Assembly: GCA_045863235.1 (NCBI GenBank)
Contig: BTUM01000013.1
Span: 1-64,000 of the forward strand
Length of the DNA stretch: 64,000 nucleotides
Origin: Candidatus Xenobia bacterium
Lineage (GTDB): Bacteria > Vulcanimicrobiota > Xenobia > Xenobiales > QWHO01
Direction of reading: 5' to 3'
This document shows positions 61,597 through 64,000 of this stretch, one piece after another. A program made the position numbers and the translations under genes. Numbering within the stretch: the first letter of the stretch is position 1; the number at the start of each line of letters is the position of its first letter. The notes beneath the pieces were generated by a model. It did no database searches, was not told the DNA's origin, and saw only the letters and a program-made list of their open reading frames with translations.

Positions 61597-62748
61597 TCAG
61601 ACCCCAGTATAGCGGGCCCGCGGTCTGATCATCCAGCCCTGGCGGTACTGCTCCATGGCGTGAGCCAGCCAGCCCGCTGTGCGACCGAGTGCAAACAGAG
61701 TCAGAGGAGCTCCTGAGGGCAGAGACATGGACCGGGCCAGGCTGACCAACGCGAAGTCGAGCGAGGGGGGCCGCAGGTGCAGGCTCTCGGCAGCCTGGAG
61801 CAGCTCGCGCCCCAGGGCGCAGGCCGTCACCTTATCGAGCAGATGGCGCGCCCGGGGGTCTCCCTCGGGGTAGAGGGGGTGGCCGAAACCTGGGATGGGC
61901 TCGCCCCGTCGCAAACGGTCTTCCAGGGTGGGGCGGGCGCCGCGGTGGCTGGCCTCCTCGAAGAGTGCCGCCACGCGACGGGTGTGCCCCCCGTGACGAC
62001 CACCCTCCAGGGCTGCCAGGGCCGCGCCCACGACCGCGTAGGGACTGGCTTCGGCTGAGGCCACGCAACGGGCCGTGAAGGCGGAGGTGTTCAGCTCGTG
62101 GTCGGCGCACAAGATCAGGGTGGCCTCCAGGGCTCGCTCCGCGGCCGGGTTCCCGGGGGTCCACGCCGAGGCCAGGGAGCGAGCCAGCGGGCGCCCGGCT
62201 CGGTGCGAGTCGGTGAGACAGCGTCCGAGCAGGGTCAGGATGCGAGAGCCCGTGCGGCGAACGGAGTCCGGCTGGAGATCGCGGGCGGCCGGATCGGTGG
62301 AGCCGGCCGCCACCAGGACCAGCCGGAAGGCTTCAGTCGGCTCCAACCTGCTCGCCAGCTTGAAAGCCTCCTGCCAGGGGCCCGGGGGAGGGAGGCCAGG
62401 TCGGTGCTGACCTTCCCAGAGGAGCTCCACCACTTGCTCGAAGCACGTTCGCGAGGCCAGCTCGGTGGCCAGCTGACCGCGGTAATAGAGCTGGCCGTCT
62501 TGAATGCAGGTCAGCGCCGATTCCAGCACGGGGCTCCCCCATTGCAGGGCTTCAGCGGCCGCCTGCTCGGGATGGCGGCGATGGCGACGGCGGCTGGCCA
62601 GCCGTTCGACCTCCTCCTCTCGATACAGGCAGCGTCGTGTGCCCGGCTGGCCTTCGGAGCCGAGCAGGCCGCGACTGACGTAGCTATAAAGGGTGGCCGG
62701 GCTGACACCCAGCCGCCGGCAGGCTTCTTCGGCGGTGAGGTAACTCAT
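61597..62748 (-). CDS. HTH plus citrate synthase-like fusion protein
   Basis: YLTAEEAC.RLGVSPATLYSYVSRG HTH; LYYRG, ADHELN.SAF, HGG, PGFGH.LY..GDPRA. Confidence 0.85.
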   Translation of the reverse strand: MSYLTAEEACRRLGVSPATLYSYVSRGLLGSEGQPGTRRCLYREEEVERLASRRRHRRHPEQAAAEALQWGSPVLESALTCIQDGQLYYRGQLATELASRTCFEQVVELLWEGQHRPGLPPPGPWQEAFKLASRLEPTEAFRLVLVAAGSTDPAARDLQPDSVRRTGSRILTLLGRCLTDSHRAGRPLARSLASAWTPGNPAAERALEATLILCADHELNTSAFTARCVASAEASPYAVVGAALAALEGGRHGGHTRRVAALFEEASHRGARPTLEDRLRRGEPIPGFGHPLYPEGDPRARHLLDKVTACALGRELLQAAESLHLRPPSLDFALVSLARSMSLPSGAPLTLFALGRTAGWLAHAMEQYRQGWMIRPRARYTGV

Positions 62749-62787
62749 GTTGATTGCTTGATCAAGATTGACGAACCAGATCAATCT
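62749..62787. promoter_or_regulatory. TTGAT/ATCAA repeat cluster in divergent promoter region
   Basis: TTGATT, CTTGATCAAG palindrome, GATTGA-N9-TCAATC. Confidence 0.5.
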
Positions 62788-62828
62788 ATACCATGATGGG
62801 CGCGAGTGGAGCAAGGAGGAAGCATCGG

Positions 62829-63872
62829 ATGACAACCGGTTTGGAAGGCGTAGAGGTGACCCAGACTCACCTCAGTCGGGTGGACGGGATCAAGGGGGAG
62901 CTCGTGCTGCGGGGCCGACGACTGGAGGAGTTGGCCGGCAAAGTCAGCTATGAGAGCGTATGCGGGCTCTTGTGGGAGGAAGAGGAGGTCGAGCTGGGCA
63001 GAGCCCGGGCTCTGGCCTACGCCCAGTTCGAGAGCTGGTTCGAGCGAACCGACGGGCTGACCTATCCCGGAGCCCTGCGCCTGTTGCTCACCATCTTGCG
63101 TCCTGAGAGCGAGGTGAAGCCTCACCATCTCGCCGCCGGGGCGGTGGCCGTTGGCCTGGCCAACGTGATCCGGCGCCGTCGAGGATTGGCACCGGTGGCC
63201 CCGCGGGCCGAAGTGGGTCAGGCTCAGAGCCTGCTCGAGATGCTGGAAGCTGGCCCTGTCGAAGAGTCGCGCTGGAAAGCGCTGGAGGCCTATCTGGTCA
63301 CCGTGGCCGAGCACGGGCTCAACCCGTCCACCTTTACCGCGCGAGTGATCGCCTCCACCGGGGCCGAGCTCTTTCCTACCCTGGTGGGCGCGCTCTCCGC
63401 TTTAGAAGGGCCCCTTCACGGCGGAGCTCCAGGCCCGGTGTTGGACATGCTGGATGCCTGCCAGGCCGATCCGCGGGGCTGGATCCGCGAGCAGCTGGCC
63501 CGCGGTCAGCGCTTGATGGGCTTTGGGCATCGAGTCTACCGGGTGCGCGATCCCCGCGCCGAAGTGCTGAAGCGAGCGGTGCTGACGCTGGCTCAGAGCC
63601 CACGCCTGGCGCAGGCCGAGACGGTCGAGCGGGTGGCTCTGGAAGAGCTGGCCCGGCACAAGCCGGATCGGCGCCTGGAGACCAACGTCGAGTTTTACAC
63701 CGCCGTTCTGCTCGAGGCCGTCGGGCTACCGCGAGAGGCGTTCACGGGCGTGTTCGCGACCGGACGGGTGGCCGGCTGGTCGGCCCATTTCTATGAGCAG
63801 AAGCACGGGGGCCGCCTGCTGCGCCCGGTCGCCCGCTACGTAGGTCCAGAGCCGGCGAACGGAGAAGGCTGA
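62829..63872 (+). CDS. Citrate synthase/methylcitrate synthase
   Basis: GLEGV, EHGLN.STFTAR, GPLHGGA, MGFGHRVY...DPRA, NVEFY. Confidence 0.9.
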   Translation: MTTGLEGVEVTQTHLSRVDGIKGELVLRGRRLEELAGKVSYESVCGLLWEEEEVELGRARALAYAQFESWFERTDGLTYPGALRLLLTILRPESEVKPHHLAAGAVAVGLANVIRRRRGLAPVAPRAEVGQAQSLLEMLEAGPVEESRWKALEAYLVTVAEHGLNPSTFTARVIASTGAELFPTLVGALSALEGPLHGGAPGPVLDMLDACQADPRGWIREQLARGQRLMGFGHRVYRVRDPRAEVLKRAVLTLAQSPRLAQAETVERVALEELARHKPDRRLETNVEFYTAVLLEAVGLPREAFTGVFATGRVAGWSAHFYEQKHGGRLLRPVARYVGPEPANGEG

Positions 63873-63875
63873 TGG

Positions 63876-64000
63876 ATGAGAAAGACCACCTTCTTCCTGC
63901 TCAGCGCGGCCATCTGCGTGCTGGGCGCCCTGGCTCAAACCTCGGGCCTTGCACCGGGAGACTTTGCGCCTGCCTACGATCCCACCCACGTGGCGGGGCC
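63876..64000 (+). CDS. Exported protein, N-terminus only (runs off window)
   Basis: MRKTTFFLLSAAICVLGALAQ signal peptide, then GL.PG...P.Y.PTHV.G. Confidence 0.5.
   Translation, partial: MRKTTFFLLSAAICVLGALAQTSGLAPGDFAPAYDPTHVAG

Overview
64 kb of a GC-rich bacterial chromosome. Gene order and protein types are Terrabacteria-like; Vulcanimicrobiota/Eremiobacterota is only a guess. Most of the window is housekeeping: a FliA-type sigma factor, cystathionine beta-synthase, a tRNA-Arg/tadA/2x tRNA-Ser/SRP RNA block, recF and DUF721, gyrB-gyrA, a five-tRNA operon behind rdgB, hemL, pilC, HU, 2-oxoacid:ferredoxin oxidoreductase, coaD, trpF/trpB/trpA/aroF, and a divergent citrate synthase pair. Cyclic-dinucleotide signalling genes are also present (two membrane HD-GYP proteins and a GAF-GAF-GGDEF protein). 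The clearest accessory region is a 10.8 kb phage-derived element at 48451-59261, integrated in the 3' end of aroF and bounded by a 13-bp direct repeat plus arm-type repeats. It carries a frameshifted tyrosine integrase, an HTH-ImmA/IrrE peptidase plus DUF4411 (PIN-like) pair, a repressor, a 5'-truncated and twice-frameshifted giant polyvalent-type protein gene, a holin-like gene and an amidase endolysin, but no capsid, terminase or replication genes. Other leads: a TadA with an intact catalytic core but remodelled tRNA-recognition residues, two candidate non-coding RNAs, a small protein between two complementary-degenerate HD-GYP genes, and a minor-pilin cluster splitting the trp genes. All family assignments come from motif recognition by eye; no database searches were run.
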